From contig OZ176056.1 of the NCBI GenBank assembly GCA_964247055.1, positions 4,092,001 to 4,156,000 of the forward strand: a DNA stretch of 64,000 nucleotides, given 5' to 3'. The notes beneath the pieces were generated by a model. It was not told where the DNA came from. It worked only from the letters and a program-made list of their open reading frames with translations, and searched no databases. Source of the stretch: Paragordius varius (lineage: Eukaryota > Animalia > Nematomorpha). Each line of letters opens with the position of its first letter. Within the stretch, counting starts at the first letter, position 1. This document shows, piece by piece, positions 1 through 14,609 of this stretch. A program made the position numbers and the translations under genes.

Positions 1-134
1 ATTTTTTTGTAAAAACTACAATAAAAATTGGCAAATTCAACTCTTTTCTCATAATTGTTAGTGTGAAATTAATGTAATATTTTATGGAAATCATCAATCC
101 CATTCATTAATATAAAAAATTTTAAAATAAAAAC

Positions 135-1642
135 TTTTTTTCTGTTTTCGAAAAGATCCGTCAGGCAGGTGACACTTTTTGTTAGCCATTAAATGCCCAC
201 CTTGGGGAAATGATAAATCTTCCAAGTCCAATAATTTTCTGTGCATCTATTATCATTCGATCGATAAAAAAATATTTTTAGAAAATAAAAATTAGCAAGC
301 TTTTTTTTAATACGCATATAAATATCTATTGGAAAACATTTTTAAAAAAATTCATTAATTTTAATCAGTATACTTGATTTTCGATTAAAAAATACAATAA
401 AAAATGTAAAAAATATAAAATAATTTAATTATAAAATAATTTAAATATAAAATAAATTATACATTTTCCAGGGCGGTGCTCTCAGAAACATCCACATTCT
501 TAATTTCTCTGTCAATTTCAGATTGCCGATATGCCGCTCTGCGTTGTTTTTCCTCCTATAATTTTAAAAAAATATTATAAAAATATAAATAATGATTAAA
601 TGTATAAAAAATAAATAAAAATATATAATTAATTAATAAATATAAGGTGGTTTATTAAAGAAAGTTTTAGCGCTAAAAACGAAGCAAAATCTTTTACATT
701 TGTATATATGAGTATAAACTTTATAAAGTACTTATCAAAGGTAAGAGTTTATTATTTAGAAAACCAACCATTCTTGAAATCCTTAATATTTAAAACACAA
801 CCAATATAAATTGAATGTTTTACCAATTTAAATCTCCATTAATTATTTCAAGGTTCAAAACTTAAAATTAATTTTAATTGTTTTTTTTAAAAAAAATAAG
901 GGTTTCATATAAAAATTCGTTTACCCTTATATGCACCGTTTTTATTAAATTTTATTTTTTAATCAAATAAAAAAGCAATCACACTTTAAGCTGATATTCC
1001 ACACATTAATAATTTAAATAAATCTAAAAGAACAAAAAAAAATATTCCAACTATAAAGGAACAAAAAATTAAAAATCATTTAAAAATTTTTTCTTATAAA
1101 AGCAGAACAAAAAGACAAACTTTAATAATATTTTCTTGTTCGAATTCCCTCAGTTGTGTAAGAATACGGGCCAAATCATCATTTGCCTTCATAGTTTCTT
1201 CAATTTGTTCTCTTTCAGTTTCACTTTGTGCTTGAGCCAGTAATGTGCAATATAAAACTAAAAATGGTTAATTAAATTTATTAAAAGATACATCTTATAA
1301 TAAAAAAGGTATATTTCATCCATTAAAATAATTCATTTGCAGTAATGGATTAATAAAATAAAATAATAATTAACGCTGTATGAAAATGATATTATTAAAC
1401 ATTCATTTCTTAAAGGAAAATATATGGAGAGCAGAAATTGTAGATAATAATTTATATATTTAAAAATATATATATTTTTAAATAAAAGATTTTAAAAATT
1501 GAAATTTCTCTTAAATAAGATAAAAACAAAAAATATTAGGTTATTGTAATAGCATATTTCGCAATTTTCGTACATCAAATATTTATTTTTTAAATACTAA
1601 TTATATTGAAACCATTGATTGGCAAAAAAGCCTATTAAAAAT

Positions 1643-1681
<39 letters not shown>

Positions 1682-4600
1682 ATTTATTCATTTTGAATAG
1701 ACCACATTGTATGTAATAAATAAATTTAAAATGGTTAAGAGATGAAAAATTACTCATTTTTCGATACTTTCGGAGTATTTTGATAAAACTAAAACGATCA
1801 AATCCCAATAGAAGGACCAATCTATTCTCACAATCCCTCTCATCGTCCACCGAACTTTTTAGGATATCCAAAATTTCATTTGCCTGTCAATATAAAATAA
1901 AATATGTATAAAATTAAATATTCTACTTGTAATGATAAAAATTAAAGTAAATATTTTTGTTTTTATATATATGTATATAATCTTGAATGTCATATATATA
2001 TTGTAAAATAAACTTTTAAAACATCTCAAAAAGCGTCATAATGCAATTACCTATGTATTTTTCCCATAATCTCGTGTAATGTTGTGTTTGAAAGCAAACT
2101 TTAATTATAATCATACATATATTCTGATTTTACACAAAGTATTATTTTCAAAGGAAATTTTTTAAAATATTTGAAATTAAAGTTATAGATTTTTTTCATA
2201 ATATTTATTTAATATACTTTGCTCTGTGCTTCAAGTGGATCTTTGTATAAGCGTGTTAGATTTCTTTGAAGCCAATATGCGTCAATTTGCCTCGGTTTAA
2301 GATTTATACTAGCCAACGTGGTTTCAGGCAAATCTGATATCACATTCAGGTGACTTAGGTCACTTCTAGATATAAAATATGGATATAATTAAACATAATA
2401 GAGAAAAACCGCTTTTGTTAAAAAGATAAAAGATTAATTTTTGGGTTTTTATTTATATGAACCTTCCAATAAATCTTGAGGTAAAAAGAGAAAAAATTAT
2501 TTTCTTAGATGCCTATATTGCAAAAAATAGTAAATATGACATTAATAGCCTTTGCATTGATAATTTGTAAAAATTTATGATTTATTCATGTATAAAAGAG
2601 ATGTTTGCAAAGATCATACAATTTTATTAGCACATCAAAAAACGATAAATTAAAGCAATTTCATAAAAACAAATTATGTTTTAATATAATGGCGGTTAAA
2701 TTAGCATTTTTTAAGACTAAATAGAAAAAAAATTAAAAACTTTTTAGTGGCTCCAATTTTGGTTTCAGTTTTTTCATCATCAGAGCTCTCATTACCTGAG
2801 TGATCTAAACGGGTTTTTTTACGCCTATTTTCACCAACTAAGGTGCGATCCGACTTACTTTTAGCTCTCTATATAATTATGCAAAAAAAAATGTTTATAG
2901 AAAAATCTGTAATTAAGTAAATTAAATATAAATAGTGGGTTAAAATTTAAAATTAGTCGATATTACATATTTCACAAAAATATATGAATCCTAAAAATTA
3001 TTTTATAATGTATAAATCATTTCCAAGAAGTTATAAAAAAGGAATAAGTCTTATGATATAAATTATAAGAAAACTGTCAAGAGTTGTTGGTAAAATTTTT
3101 ATAAACTCTTCTCGTAACAAATTTATCGGGCAAAATTTATTTTAAATTTGAATCATGCAAAAATAATTAAAAATATTTCATTAGCTTAACCAATGAATAT
3201 ATATATATTATCTTTGAACAAATTTACGGCTTTTTTAAAAAAAATTAAAAGGTTGGAATTTTATACAGTTTTTATATAATTAAGAATTATAAATAAAGTT
3301 TTTAAGTCGGAAAGAATAAGTTGAGTATAAAATGTTAAGATTCAAGTCAAAAAAAATATATGTAATAAACGTTAAGTAAAAAAGCTTATGTAAAATAATA
3401 AAGTTTTAGGCAAAAAAAATACTTGAAGCAGTTATGAGTCAAAAAAACATTTTTAATAAATAATATTTTTGATATGACAAAAAATTTGTTTAGAATTGGA
3501 GAAAAAATATTTTTTGAATTAAAAAAGGAGATAAAAAAACTTCAAACATTATTAAAGTCAAAAAAAGTCAATAAGCTAAGTAGTTTTACCAAAGTTTCAG
3601 GGTTTATGGCTTCAACACCTCCGACATTCCCTATACCCAATTCATCATTTTCATCCTCGTCATCAAATGCGCCCCCACCCTCAGAATCGCCAGCTGATTC
3701 GCTGTCGTCTTCATTGTCACTGCCGTATCTTTGTTTCCTATAACCATCATTAATATAGATTATATGTAAGTTAATTGTAAATTATTTTGTAATAGTATAG
3801 ACGGTTTACTATTAAAACTTAACATTTTCCTCTAGTTAGTGATTTCGTCAAAATATGAATTAAAAGCAAACGAATACTTTAAATTCTCAAACATTTAAAT
3901 TACTTTTTCGAAGTTGAATTAGTCGATGATAATTATAAACAACTAAACATTTTCAAGATTTCGCATACCATTGGTTTAAATAGTAGTCAAGAGGGTCATT
4001 AACATAAAATAGAACAATGCAAATTTCAATCAATGAGGCTCTCAACAAACTCTCAAAGCAATCAAACTTATGTATTATATTTTTATACTTTCGACCATTT
4101 GTTAAAGCACATAAACTATATTATTCGGTCAATAACTTAATATAGCACAATCCAAATTTATAGATATTTCAACTACAACATTTTATAAATATCACTAAAC
4201 TAAATTTTTAAATCTTACTTTTTCGGGTTTTGTCAAATATTTGCTAAGTATGGGTATTCAATAATCACAAACTATATAATATATCAAACCCTCTAAAACT
4301 AACAAACTTGCCACATTTACTAAAGGAAGCATTAGCATTTACTAGTTTGAATAAAACCGTTTACATAATTTGCAAACTCTGGAACTTCATTTTTAAAACG
4401 TATACTTTGATTTGGAAGTCAAAGCTCCACCCGCAGATTTGCTCAGGAAAGCGCCATATTCCTCCTGGACCAAAGCCTCTTGTTTTCGACTAAATTCATT
4501 GACGGGGCCAACGCTGGTTGAAGCATATTGCTTAACTTCGCCATAAACGTCATCTAAACGACTTAAACCTGTGGTCCCGGTTCCGTCTTCATCGCCACTC

Positions 4601-6454
4601 TCTTCAAACTGCACATTAACGCCATACGTTTGATCCAATTCATCTAAAGGAGGTGAAAATTTTCAAATTTAGTATTAAAGTTAATATTTGATAGTATTAA
4701 TTGGATATTGAGACTTAAATACATCACGGTGTACCTTTGAATAGTTATGTAATTTAAATTGGTTACAAAAGCTTTTATAATATTTTAAGTAAAACATATA
4801 ACAATTAAAGCTTAAAAATCCAAATGTTAAAAGTTTGACAATATGAACATAACACGTATTGAAAAACTTAATTATAATTATATATATCATTTTTATATAG
4901 AAAAATATTAAACTTTATGTATAAATCGTTAGAATGTTACACTCGTCATCATCATGGATGATATAAATTAGAAGTGCAATTTATTTCTCAAAAAAAACTT
5001 AATATATGGAGATCATTAGAGGGTGTCGGTTTAAATAACCAAAATGTCAAATCCAAACCGAAAATCTTAAAAATTTAAACCTAATAAAACTTTAATTATT
5101 AACCATTATCAGGGTAATCAGGTTTATCGGCAGCATTATTTTCCGTGCCAGAAGAGCCGGTGTTTGGAGCTACGAAATCTGTTAATTTTTTGCTTAAATT
5201 AGTGAGTAACGTGAATTTTTCCTCTCCAAGTGGGCCAATCAAGGATTCAATTTCACGTTTTTTATCCCTTATAGTATCGTCTTTAAGTGCAATCAAGATT
5301 TCATCTGCCGCACCACATATAATATCACGAGGCTTAAAAAAGTAAAGAAATAAATTAGATTAATTTACATTATAAATAATTAATGTAGTATGACATTATG
5401 CCTAAAGAATCAAATATTAGATTAACTGTAAGGGTAATGGTAAAAATGGAGACATTCGATCAAAAAAAACCAATCAATTACCCCATAAAATTAATAATAT
5501 GGCTAAAATCGGATTTCGATTGTGATTTGAAAAGGCATACAAAATGATTGCAATAAATTGCGAAATAAAATTTATGAACAAATTAAAATTGATAAACAAA
5601 AATTTATTATCAACCTGGTCACCAATCGCATTTTGAACATAACTCAGCAAAACTTCGTAAGTTTGCCGCGTTTCTTGTGTTTTTGGTTTATAAACTATTC
5701 CTATTAGATCTTCGACGCCTTCAGAAAGTAAAGTTTGTTTCTTATGGCCTTTAAAAATGTCGCGTTCAATTTCATCTCGTTTCATGCGTCTATAATTCAA
5801 TCGTATAACAATAAAATGGCGTGATTAATTTTATAAGATAACTAATATAAAACCAAAAACAATTTTAAATTACTTTGGAACAGGTACATTTAAAAATTAG
5901 AAATATAAATTATTTTTTAATATTTATTGCAATTGCACATATAAAATTTTTGTTACTTTTAATTCATTATGTTAGTGAGCCGTTCAAATATTTTTGTGGA
6001 TGATAATTTTTAAAAATAGCACAACATTAAAAAAACAGAAATTGGAACTAAAAGTAAAATAATTATTGAAACAAAAAATAACCTAGAAAAAAATGAAACT
6101 GCTTACTGATAATAATTACCAAAAACCATTAATATGGATAAAAAAATTAACAAAACAAAAAATGTAAATATACTTTTGTTTTCGTTCCTCAATCTGCGGA
6201 GGCTTTGTGCGTTGAGCTTTGTCCCCCATTTTCGTTCCAGATAACTTTCCTACCAACGATAAAACCTCTCCTGTGGGTTCATCTCTAGCTCGTCTTTCTA
6301 TTAAAGATCTATCAGCTTGTAAAACTAAATTGGAGTTCTAATGTATAATTTACAATTTTAGGAATCGATAATAAAATAAAATAGTAAATATTATATTAAA
6401 AATACTTACCGCCTTGTATTCGTATTGTAAAGCACGAGCTGCTGCATCGGCCAT
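135..6454 (-). CDS. SNRNP200: U5 snRNP 200-kDa helicase Brr2, N-terminal part (12 exons in window; gene continues past position 1)
   Basis: Exons 6454-6410, 6337-6174, 5789-5615, 5332-5104, 4643-4406, 3737-3590, 2868-2741, 2365-2218, 1883-1754, 1257-1121, 555-463, 246-135 splice in frame with GT-AG introns of 72-721 nt. Translation [31 protein letters not shown]..., [83 protein letters not shown] matches the hallmark Brr2 N-terminus. Confidence 0.97.
1646..1676. repeat. (TA)n microsatellite in a SNRNP200 intron
   Basis: Direct reading. Similar (TA)n runs occur at about 9959-10001, 22610-22632, 25049-25090 and 57935-57965. Confidence 0.9.
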
Positions 6455-9400
6455 GTTGTATATATGAGTGTAAAGTTAAAATATGACTGACTCCTAATAA
6501 AAAAAATTCAACCTTTCTTTCCAATTAAATGAATATTTTATAATGTGTTATATCCATAAGACACATTAATGCGTTATCTGAAAAATAAATTTTCTATATA
6601 ATTATTTAACGGATTTTGGAGAGAATGTGAAATACACATATGAACAGAGTTACATTTTGTAAGAATAATAAAATTTTTATCATATTTAGCAAAAAAACCT
6701 TTGATAATGATTAATTTTCATACTTCATAAATTTTCGCATAGCTTTATACCCCGGTTTTCATCTAATCTCAATGTAGTAATTAGAATTGGGCCATTTTTA
6801 TAAATATTAGCGTCATGCGCAGATACAAATTTTTTAAAAAAAAATAAAATTGTAAAAATTATCTCAAACTCATTTTAATCGTTATATTATGGGTAAAATT
6901 AAAAGCTCTCACTTTATGCTTTATTGCGTTTATTTTATTTCAGTTGTTATCGTGTTTAGAAACCTTCCCGATTTCGACTATAGATGTTTAACTATGAAAA
7001 ATATAAGCCTTGTTATTTAAAACAAGAGAAAAATGTTTATAAATAAATACTCACATTTTTAAAATGTGGGTTTTTTGAGCTAAGCTCTAGTATATAAATC
7101 TCCCCAAAGTTTTATCCCAAAAGAATGAAAATGTTAGTGTTAGTATTCACTCATGGATACCTTTTTTAAATAATATAACAGAAGGAAAGTATTAAATAAC
7201 AGCGAATTAATAAAAATAATTGCATAGTGCAGACAAATATTATATCCTATTGGATTTTATATAATCTGTAAAAAAATCATATTATTAATTTGATTTTGGT
7301 TATGATTCGCAAATTTGTCAAAGTTTTTTTAAATATTTCCAGCGAAAAGTCGCAGAAGCAGTGCACATCATGATTATTTTAATAAAGGCCAAATGTTTTA
7401 ATAATAGTAACTTTTAAAAGAAAGACATAAAATTTATATAAATTTTAAAATTTGCTTCAAAAGTTGCCTTTTCGACCTCTTTTTATTGGACCAGTTTTCT
7501 TGAAATAAACGCAAAATAGCATTTGCAAAACCAGAACATTAAATATAGAGTTATTGAAATCGATCCAATTAAATAGTTGGTCTATTCTAACAATCAATCA
7601 ATGTCCCAATCATAAGGCTAGTAAATATGTATGAAGCATAAATTGTATATATCAATCGTTAGGTACACCTAAGGTACCTATTAAAAATTCACTCTTGACT
7701 GTGTATACTACATTCCAGTTAAATACTTTTGAACATTTGTTTGTTACTGGTTTTAAAATTAAAGATGCAGCAATAAATATTTAATTTTGTCTATATAGTA
7801 TTTTAGATCAATTTTAATTTATGACATAAATTTTGTGTAAGGTATAATCGAGAATTGCATTTAAAGCGATCAGATTGGTTATTACTGTCCGGTCAACAAA
7901 CAAGTTCTTTTTCATTAAAATAATTTCAAATTTCCCGTCTCTTTAGCTGCAACGTTAAAATTTTTGTATTTCATTGCGTCCAAAATAGGTGATATATTAA
8001 AATACCCTGATGAAAAATATATATTTTTATCAAACTATTATGAGTTTTTTGCGCTTGACATTTAGGTGTATTTTAAGGAAATTATGTACACTTTTGTGGT
8101 GACTAATCTAGATCAGAAAAATGGCAATGTTTGCGCATAGTTTGTTAATAGCTATTTTTTGGAAAATACTTATTCCAAAACATATCACTAGAATATTACA
8201 TAATTTTTATATAAAAAGCATAATATTTTTAAATGATTATTAAATGGGCTCCGAAAATCCTTTCTTGCCCTTCTTAAATGGGCTAGATCTCTTCAAATAG
8301 ACGAAAAAATGTCGAGATTGAACGATTTTAATATATGCAAAAATTTGGTCAAAAAAGTTTTTACCGAAAAATGGATATTTTGCTTAATTTAATTTAGAGC
8401 AAGAATTGTTTGAGGTATAATTCATACTACTTTGAGTTAGATAATGGGAAAACGTCTTAAGATAATAACACTTTTTATATAATTCGATGATGTTGAACAT
8501 TTCTCTCACTTCTGTTTCTATTATAGACTTTTAAATTTGGTGAATTTCGTAAAAGAAACAATTTTTTTACATAAATTTTAGACGCATAAATATATTATAT
8601 TCTGATGTCATAGAAATGCTCAGTATTATCGCATTATATAAAAAATAATTTTTGAAAGGTATTAAAGATATTGCCAAATTAATAGAATGCATTCAATAGC
8701 CTCGGCGAATGAATAATTTAACTAAAATAAATTCATCATCTTAAACTTTTTCACTGCCATCTCCATCAAACTATACTAATAAAAAAGGCAAACAGATGTT
8801 GAAAAAGGTTAAGTAATAAATTATATTTCACGAATTTTTAATATTTATTGATACCATCTTTTGCTTCAATTGGTTTATGGACCTATCGAGATTTTGGGCG
8901 GTAGAAGTTAGAAAACCATAAAAAATATAAGCTTTATTATCTAATAAAAACGTCAATTTTAAATAATTATAATTTAAACAATAAAACTTAGGGGGTTATT
9001 ATTATTACGGCCCATGTTACAAATTTTCTGGTGTAATCGAAAAAAAAGTACTAAAGTGTTAAAAGCTAATTGAGCAAATATTGATTTTTGATGTGCGAGA
9101 TGATAGAAAAATAATTGAGTTTTTCAGTCCTGAAATATTATTAAAATTGCCTAAATAATTTAATATTTAAATTTCAAATGTTTAAGGTTTTCAGGGATGC
9201 CCAATACAAATAGCTTCGCATTAAATCCAGCGGACAGCAATAATATTGCCAAAGTATGGGCTATTTATATTAACTAATTCGCTATATGTTGAATAGATAA
9301 TTATTTAAAATATCCCTGCATAAATGAAACCCTTTACCGTTTAATGAATGATGTTTGTGATTTATAATCAATAAATGTAGTATACGTAAATTAATATTGA

Positions 9401-9956
9401 AATGCCTAATAAATTTTTAAAATATAATACTATTTGGTTTTATCAAATTTCGTAAATAAAATGTTTTTGCAAATTAAGTTTTTTTAATTTTTATTTATCA
9501 AGCTTTTTTCTAACCATACAGAATATCGTGGGCGTGTTGGACACCCCTGGTTGAGTACAACATGGGAAATATTCCTTATTTAAACCCTATCAGCTAAAAT
9601 TATCTTAGTGTTTAAAATTCATTATACAACACGGAATGATTTACATTATATAGCTAAGATTAATATCGCATACCCATATAAATTTAATTTCTGCAAATTT
9701 GCAATTATTTGGCAAATCATTTAAAATCAATAAAATTATTTGTTTAATCGTTAAATAATGACTAATAAATACCTGTTAAAGCGCTATAGTGGCCAGGTGT
9801 ATAAACAAATATTTAGCAAATTTTTGGAAACGCTGCTAGATTTATTAATATTAAAGTAAAAATTATAATCATTATAAGTCCCAATTTCGCAGAATTAATA
9901 ATTCTACAAAACTTAAAAATGTATATAATTTTCTCAAAAAGTCTTAATAACACCTA

Positions 9957-10004
<48 letters not shown>

Positions 10005-10068
10005 ACGAGAAATACATTTACTTTTATTTTTGCATTTTTTGTAAAAGAATTTTTAGCAAATATCGGTA

Positions 10069-12514
10069 ATGACAAAATCCGTATTATTACTCGTCTTGTG
10101 CCTAGGTAATTAGTTAATATCATATATATAAAATTCAAACCAACATTTAATTTCTATTCATAGTGCTGTCCATAGAGTTAGTAAGCAGCAATGAAGATGG
10201 AAGTTGTCCCAATAATAAAGCAGGAAAAAACCTTGAAAATTTGGATTGGCCTTTTGCGCAGTGCCCACAAAAGCCGCGTCAAGAAGTCCCCACAAAATAT
10301 ATTACAATAAAGGATGCGCCTTGGACTGTGAAATATTTTTATTTTACTTTTAGATATTTTTACGATATGCACTAATTATTTCATTTTTAACACCCAAAAA
10401 AATATTTTTTTACATAATTTTGGTTATATAACACTTTTGAGAAGTTATTGTAAAATCAAAATTATTAAATCCATTTTTTTCTACCGTTTTCCCTAGAAAA
10501 AAAACTATTTAAACAATAGCTTATGTGATTAAATGATTAAATAGTCATTGTTTAAATTATGTAAAAAAGTGCACAGATTACTTATAAATTCCTTTTTGAT
10601 GTGGTAGGCTTTTATCAAGTTAAACAAAAAGATCAAACCAACGAAACCAGAAAATTTCAACAAGCACTGTCATGCTGCAATCATTGGGGATAAATATCTG
10701 TTAACATCCGCTTTGTGTTTCAATGATCCGTAAGATTGTATTAACTTTTTATTATGAGCTAAATTTTAATTATTTACATGGAATAATAATAATTTATTCA
10801 TTTTTGTGATTTATTAGTCCAGTTAAAGATTACGAAGTAATAGTAGGTGCAAATAGTTTAAATGACGTTTGGACAGCGAATGCCAACTCGGATAAACATA
10901 AAGAAGGTCAAAATACCATTCAAAAATATAAGATCGAAAAAATTTGTTCGCATAATTCTGTCTCATACTTCACCCGAGATTATGATTTAGCATTGATTGT
11001 TTTGAAGGATCCTATCAAATTTACCAACAGTGTAAAACCTATCGATTATCATCATGATCTACCTAACAATCAAACACATTTAATTTTCACATTTTACGGG
11101 CCCCAAAATATCAATGGTATAAAACTGTGATATTTTATGAAAATATTTAATTTTTTTCACATCATTTGCTTAAACAATAAGGCGCCGTGTCAATGAACCG
11201 CTTAGTCGACTCAAATTCGCCCTTTTATATAAGGCAGCTCAAGTTTTCCCATATTACAATCCTATTTCAATATAGGAATTTTAGTTACAAAAATTGTAAC
11301 TCAAAATTGTCCTAACTTTCGGCCACCATTTAAACCTGATACATTAAAATCTTGACGCTTATTGTTTATAATTTACAGTATTAATTGGAAATATACGGAC
11401 AAAACGTGCAAATAAGGCATTTTTTCCTAGAGACAACCATATTTTTAAGTCTATTTTTTAGTTATAACTCATTGTTTAAAGTTGCAAAGTATAAAATAGA
11501 TACATAATATTGTCCGTGATGTACTTTTGGGGTAGTTTTCCACATGTATTAGATAAGAAAACTTATGAAGATAGATTTACATCTGGAGATGGCTCCAATA
11601 AATTATCGAAACCAGCTGATATTAAAATTGATAAATATCAAAAATTTGGTGGTAGAGTGTAGAAAGCTTTCTAAAGTTAATAATTCATATTTTCCACCAT
11701 TTTGAGATATTTGTTTGTTGAATTAAAAAATTTAAAGGTAAAAAATTGCTCCGAAAAAGGAGATGAAGATGTTTTGAAAATTTGGCATTTTTAAAAAATA
11801 TATTTGTATCATGCGCTTTAAAGGCTAAATAAAGCATATTTTAAATTTTGTCTCAATGCTAACATTACTTTTAAGATATTTAAATTTTAATAGCCCAGGG
11901 TTATAAAGATACCCCAAAGGGTCATGTAGTTTTATTAAAAAATTTCCCCACATAATTTTACGTTCTGTCCGTATAATTTGAACTTTTACCGTGTATTACC
12001 AATGAAATAAATCTAATATAATGATTTCAACGAATGTTTAGTTAATGGCAAGGATTTAAAGGAACAATATGGGGATGGAACATTGAATAGCTTATGTTTG
12101 AATTCCGACACAATTAAAGATGATGCGAAGCGTGGCAAAACTTTTAAAGTTGGGTGTACTATAGGGGGCGGACTTTTATATTCTATATACCTGACAAAAG
12201 TTAACATGATTACATATATTTTATGTTGCATTATCCAAAAACACATATCTTATAATTTTATTAAAAGATATCATTATTATACTTATAATATATATCTATA
12301 TATATAGGGGATCGCCGGAGTACCAGTAGTTTTTAACGATATGGGCAGTTGGAAGCTTTTTGGAATTACCAGCACTCCTGTACAAAATCGGTACTATGGA
12401 GATAATCGAGATGAGTTAGAAATTGTAACAACTCGAACTAAAAAATTAGAGGAATGGATTGAGGGCCGAAAAAATATGGGGAGTTGGAAATCCACTTTTA
12501 ATTGTTTTCGATAA
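10069..12514 (+). CDS. Secreted trypsin-like (S1A) serine protease homolog, catalytically inactive, about 361 aa
   Basis: Exons 10069-10105, 10164-10327, 10608-10729, 10818-11116, 11553-11651, 12042-12199, 12308-12514 are in frame. Signal peptide MTKSVLLLVLCLVLSIELVSS. S1 motifs: APWTAFI, HCHAAIIGDKYLLTSALC (TAAHC position, His->Leu), YDLALIVLKDPIKFTNSVKPI (Asp kept), GIAGVPVV (GDSGGP position, Ser->Ala), WKLFGITS. Exon 6 boundaries are less certain. Confidence 0.85.
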
Positions 12515-12888
12515 ATATAATTAAACTTTAGTGATATGTATATTTTACAAGAGAATTAATAATTTTTATGATATATATATCAATGATATAAATCTACAAT
12601 ATTAATAAATATGCTCTTTCATCAGTTATATATTTTTGTTGATGAATATTGAACTTGTTTCTTTGATTAAAAAACCCAAGAAAGTTATGATGAGAGTGAT
12701 GACCAATTTGATTATATTAAATTATGTTTATGTCTTTTTCAACTAGTATTAACAATTAAATGCAAAGTTTTCCTTTAATATCTAATTGTAAAGTATTTTA
12801 TCTCAAAACAAGTCAGAAATCTAAAACTTATTTATGGAATTTTACAATAGAGCCATATCTTTGATTTTATGGATCTTTTTGGGTAAAG

Positions 12889-13175
12889 CAGTGATTCCCA
12901 ACTTTTTTTTCACGCCCCCACCAAATTGAAAATAAAAATTCTTGTGCCCGCTCTCAATTAATTCCACGATAAAAATGTAAAATTTATTATAATATTATAA
13001 AAATACCAATCAATGATATCCTTATATCTGCATTTTTTTGAAATGTCTTTTTCATATCAGTGACAAATCTTGATAATTTGCACCTAAAATCCTTCATGTT
13101 TCTGTTTTTATTTTTATATTTTCCAATTTTTTCACGCCTCCTTGGGGAGCGTTGCCCCCTCGTTGGGAACCTTTG
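12889..13175. mobile_element. hAT-like MITE
   Basis: Imperfect TIRs cagtgattcccaac / gttgggaacctttg. Flanking 8-mers gggtaaag and gtataaag are a partial TSD match. No coding capacity. Confidence 0.55.
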
Positions 13176-13230
13176 GTATAAAGTGGTGTTGTAAATCAAA
13201 TAAAAATTTTTTTTATACTTTACCATTTAA

Positions 13231-13532
13231 TATACCATTTACAGTTCAAATTCACCATTGAACAATTCAAATTCACCCTAAATTAAATTGTGTCTTTTTT
13301 AAAATTTAAAATTACACATTTTTTTATTAAATAAAATTTTGTTTATAATACTGTAAAAATAATAAACAATGCCAAAAGAATATATTTTATATTAATGATG
13401 AGTTATATTAGCCCGAAACACATAATTAAAAAATTATTTTTAGGGTGAATTCGAACTGTTCAAGGGTGAATTTAAATTGTTCGAGGGTGAATTTGAATCA
13501 TTTAAGGGTGAATTTGAATTCTAAAAGGTATA
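13231..13532. mobile_element. MITE family B (TIR tataccattta; about 21-bp subterminal tandem repeats), copy 1
   Basis: Left end tataccatttacagttcaaattcacc, right end gggtgaatttgaattctaaaaggtata. Repeated aattcacccttgaac / gggtgaattt units. Six copies in window. Confidence 0.85.
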
Positions 13533-14609
13533 TAATCTATCGACATTAACAAATAATTTTTTACTCCATACGCCACTGTAGCCAATTATCATTTTTTCGT
13601 TCTTGAATCAAAAAATATACAGTAGCTAATATGCTATTAGAGCTCAATTTTTTGGGAGTCTGCATGTGATCCCTAATTTCCAAGTGGTAATGAGAAAAGT
13701 ATAAAAGCAATATTGATTAAAATACTTAGTTTGATTCATTTAAATGTAACACTCATAGGGTATTTGAAAATAAAACTGAACGACTACGAAATTCTAATAT
13801 AATTTACAAGTTGCGACTTTCAAAAACAAATTATAATCGCACTAATAGGTTTTGAAACGGTTTTAAAAATACAGCGAAAATAAAATTTTAAAATTATGTT
13901 TTTATGATGGAAAGGTAGGATAAGACTTGGACAAATTTTAATACGAATACGGTATTATCTGGACTTACCTCCATATAATCATATTCAATAATTAAAAAAT
14001 TTTAAAGAGATCCCAAGGATCTACCTTATATCTCACATATGTCTATATCTATTTAAAATTTTTATTAATTATTAAAACATAAAAAATATTATTTTGTGAA
14101 ATGGCAGTAAAATAATACAAAAATAATTGAAATATGAAAAAAAAATTGAAAAGTAATATTTTTAAAATACAAAGCGCGTGTTCTCTTTATTTCACCTAAC
14201 TTTAGTTAGGTAAAGTATTATTGATTTTATGACAAATTTTGAGGTAATTATATATAAATATGTAGATATTATACCTTTAGTTTTTTGCTCTCATAGCCTT
14301 ATTCTCTGTATATGCTATATTAACACTTTCAAATTTTGAAAAATAATATTTTTTAACTTAATTGGGATATAGGTAGATACAAAGGTAGTTTTTGAAAAAT
14401 ATATTGATTGAATTTTTTTTAAAAAAAGTAGATGCATTTCAAATCTATTGACTAATTTTCGATCAATTATATAAAATCATTTTTATGATAAAATTTTCAA
14501 GGACGTTTATGTCATATATAATTAGTATTCAGCAAAACCTTAATTACGTATTGTTTGCTGTAAATATCGCGGCTTATTAATCACGGTATAAAACAATTCC
14601 TCCGAAAAT

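Noticed and set aside
3474-5345. Plus-strand ORFs at 3474, 4308 and 5145
   Set aside because: They are antisense to SNRNP200 exons.
7860-8900. Short minus-strand frames (YFNISPILDAMKYKNF; FDGDGSEKV*DDEF) vaguely like a decayed piggyBac transposase
   Set aside because: Too short and interrupted, with no catalytic motif recognisable. It needs TBLASTN or HMM evidence.
12016-12041. In-frame YNDFNEC just upstream of protease-homolog exon 6, which would supply the Cys168-equivalent
   Set aside because: No AG acceptor lies upstream before the in-frame stop. I kept the AG at 12040-12041. A non-AG acceptor cannot be supported without cDNA.
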